NCBI RefSeq assembly: GCF_036321535.1
Contig: NC_087437.1
Coordinates: forward strand, 88,290,001-88,354,000
DNA length: 64,000 bases
Direction of reading: 5' to 3'
DNA from: Camelus dromedarius
Lineage: Eukaryota
Part shown: positions 63,117-64,000 of the stretch, piece by piece
Layout: every line of letters begins with the position of its first letter
Position numbering within the stretch: position 1 is the stretch's first letter
Program-made: the position numbers and the translations under genes
Notes under the pieces: generated by a model
The model's database searches: none
The model's input: the letters and a program-made list of their open reading frames with translations, nothing else
Told to the model about the DNA's origin: nothing

Positions 63117-64000
63117 TATTTCTTAAGCTCTAGGGTACACAGGGTAAAAGTTCCTGTTACTTAGAATGAAACCCTACCCAGAAAAATAGGGCATTTTTAT
63201 CTGCTTTGTGCTACTGCCAGTTCAACTCAGAATGGTAAACCTCACCTAGGAGTGGGCATTTTTATTGTTCACATGTCAGGCTTTCAGTATATTACATTTT
63301 ATTCTGATGACAAAGCAACTCAGTTCTGAGTATTGAACTGCTAAGTTTTCCTCTGCTATTTTGATTTTCTCTGCAATCTAAGAACTGTGAATAATAATCA
63401 GAGCAAAGTTTCAGTGGCCCTTGAGAGAGCCCAAATGTACTATTCAGCCAGATTTTTTCCCCTGAATTCTGGAGGTAGAGTTTCTCTATTCTAGAAAAAC
63501 ATATCTTAGTTACTTCTCATTTTAAATACTTTCTTTCAGAGTAAAAATAAGAAGTAAAGCAAAGCGAAACATAACTTTTCTCTGTTGTTTTGTGCTTAAT
63601 ATATGAAACTCTTCATGAAATAAGAAAATTTCACCTTAAAACTATTTCCTGATTATATGTGTAGATGAATATATGTATTTATATCAGTTATGAAAGCCCA
63701 AATAAGCTACAAATCTATGTATGCCTATTCATACAGCAACTTGAATAAAAGAATATTCAAAATAGTGTTTCTTTGAATAGAAAAACTTGGAAAATTTCAT
63801 GAACTTCAAGTCCATTTTTGTTTTTTTTTCTGATTTCCTTTCTCAACTTATGTCTTAAATAGCTCTTCGCTGTGGTGCTTCTTTTATAATCAGTTCGGCA
63901 CTGCCCATTTACTGCCACCCCATCACTTGTTCCATGAATACCAACAGACGCAAATGCCTCTTAATTTGTATGCATACTGCCTAGTATTTACTAATATCCA

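Noticed and set aside
1..64000. CRISPR arrays, operons, rRNA or CpG-island promoter
   Set aside because: This is mammalian repeat-rich DNA with no spaced direct-repeat array, no rRNA similarity and no CpG island.

Overview
AT-rich, CpG-poor mammalian genomic DNA, most likely from a camelid (alpaca, llama or camel), judged from two tRNA-Ala-derived Vic-1-type SINEs. A large part of the window is interspersed repeats: L1, L2, MIR, MaLR/ERVL LTRs, an ERVL gag-pro remnant, Tigger and MER5. I found no intact protein-coding gene; the supplied ORFs are noise, repeat remnants or pieces of pseudo-exons. The main unexplained signal is a chain of heavily decayed exons on the minus strand (about 23.45 kb down to 3.56 kb). 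Most have canonical splice sites, and their frameshift-corrected translations repeatedly resemble the multi-RGS-domain proteins RGSL1/RGS22, partly in collinear order. This looks like the fossil of a lost, distant RGS22/RGSL1 paralogue, with an MLT1 LTR inserted into one former coding exon. On the + strand there are a candidate AG|GTAAGT recursive or microexon-type splice element (33.8 kb) and two weak exon candidates, hinting at a long-intron host gene I cannot identify. Protein similarities and repeat family names come from recall and by-eye comparison, not from searches.
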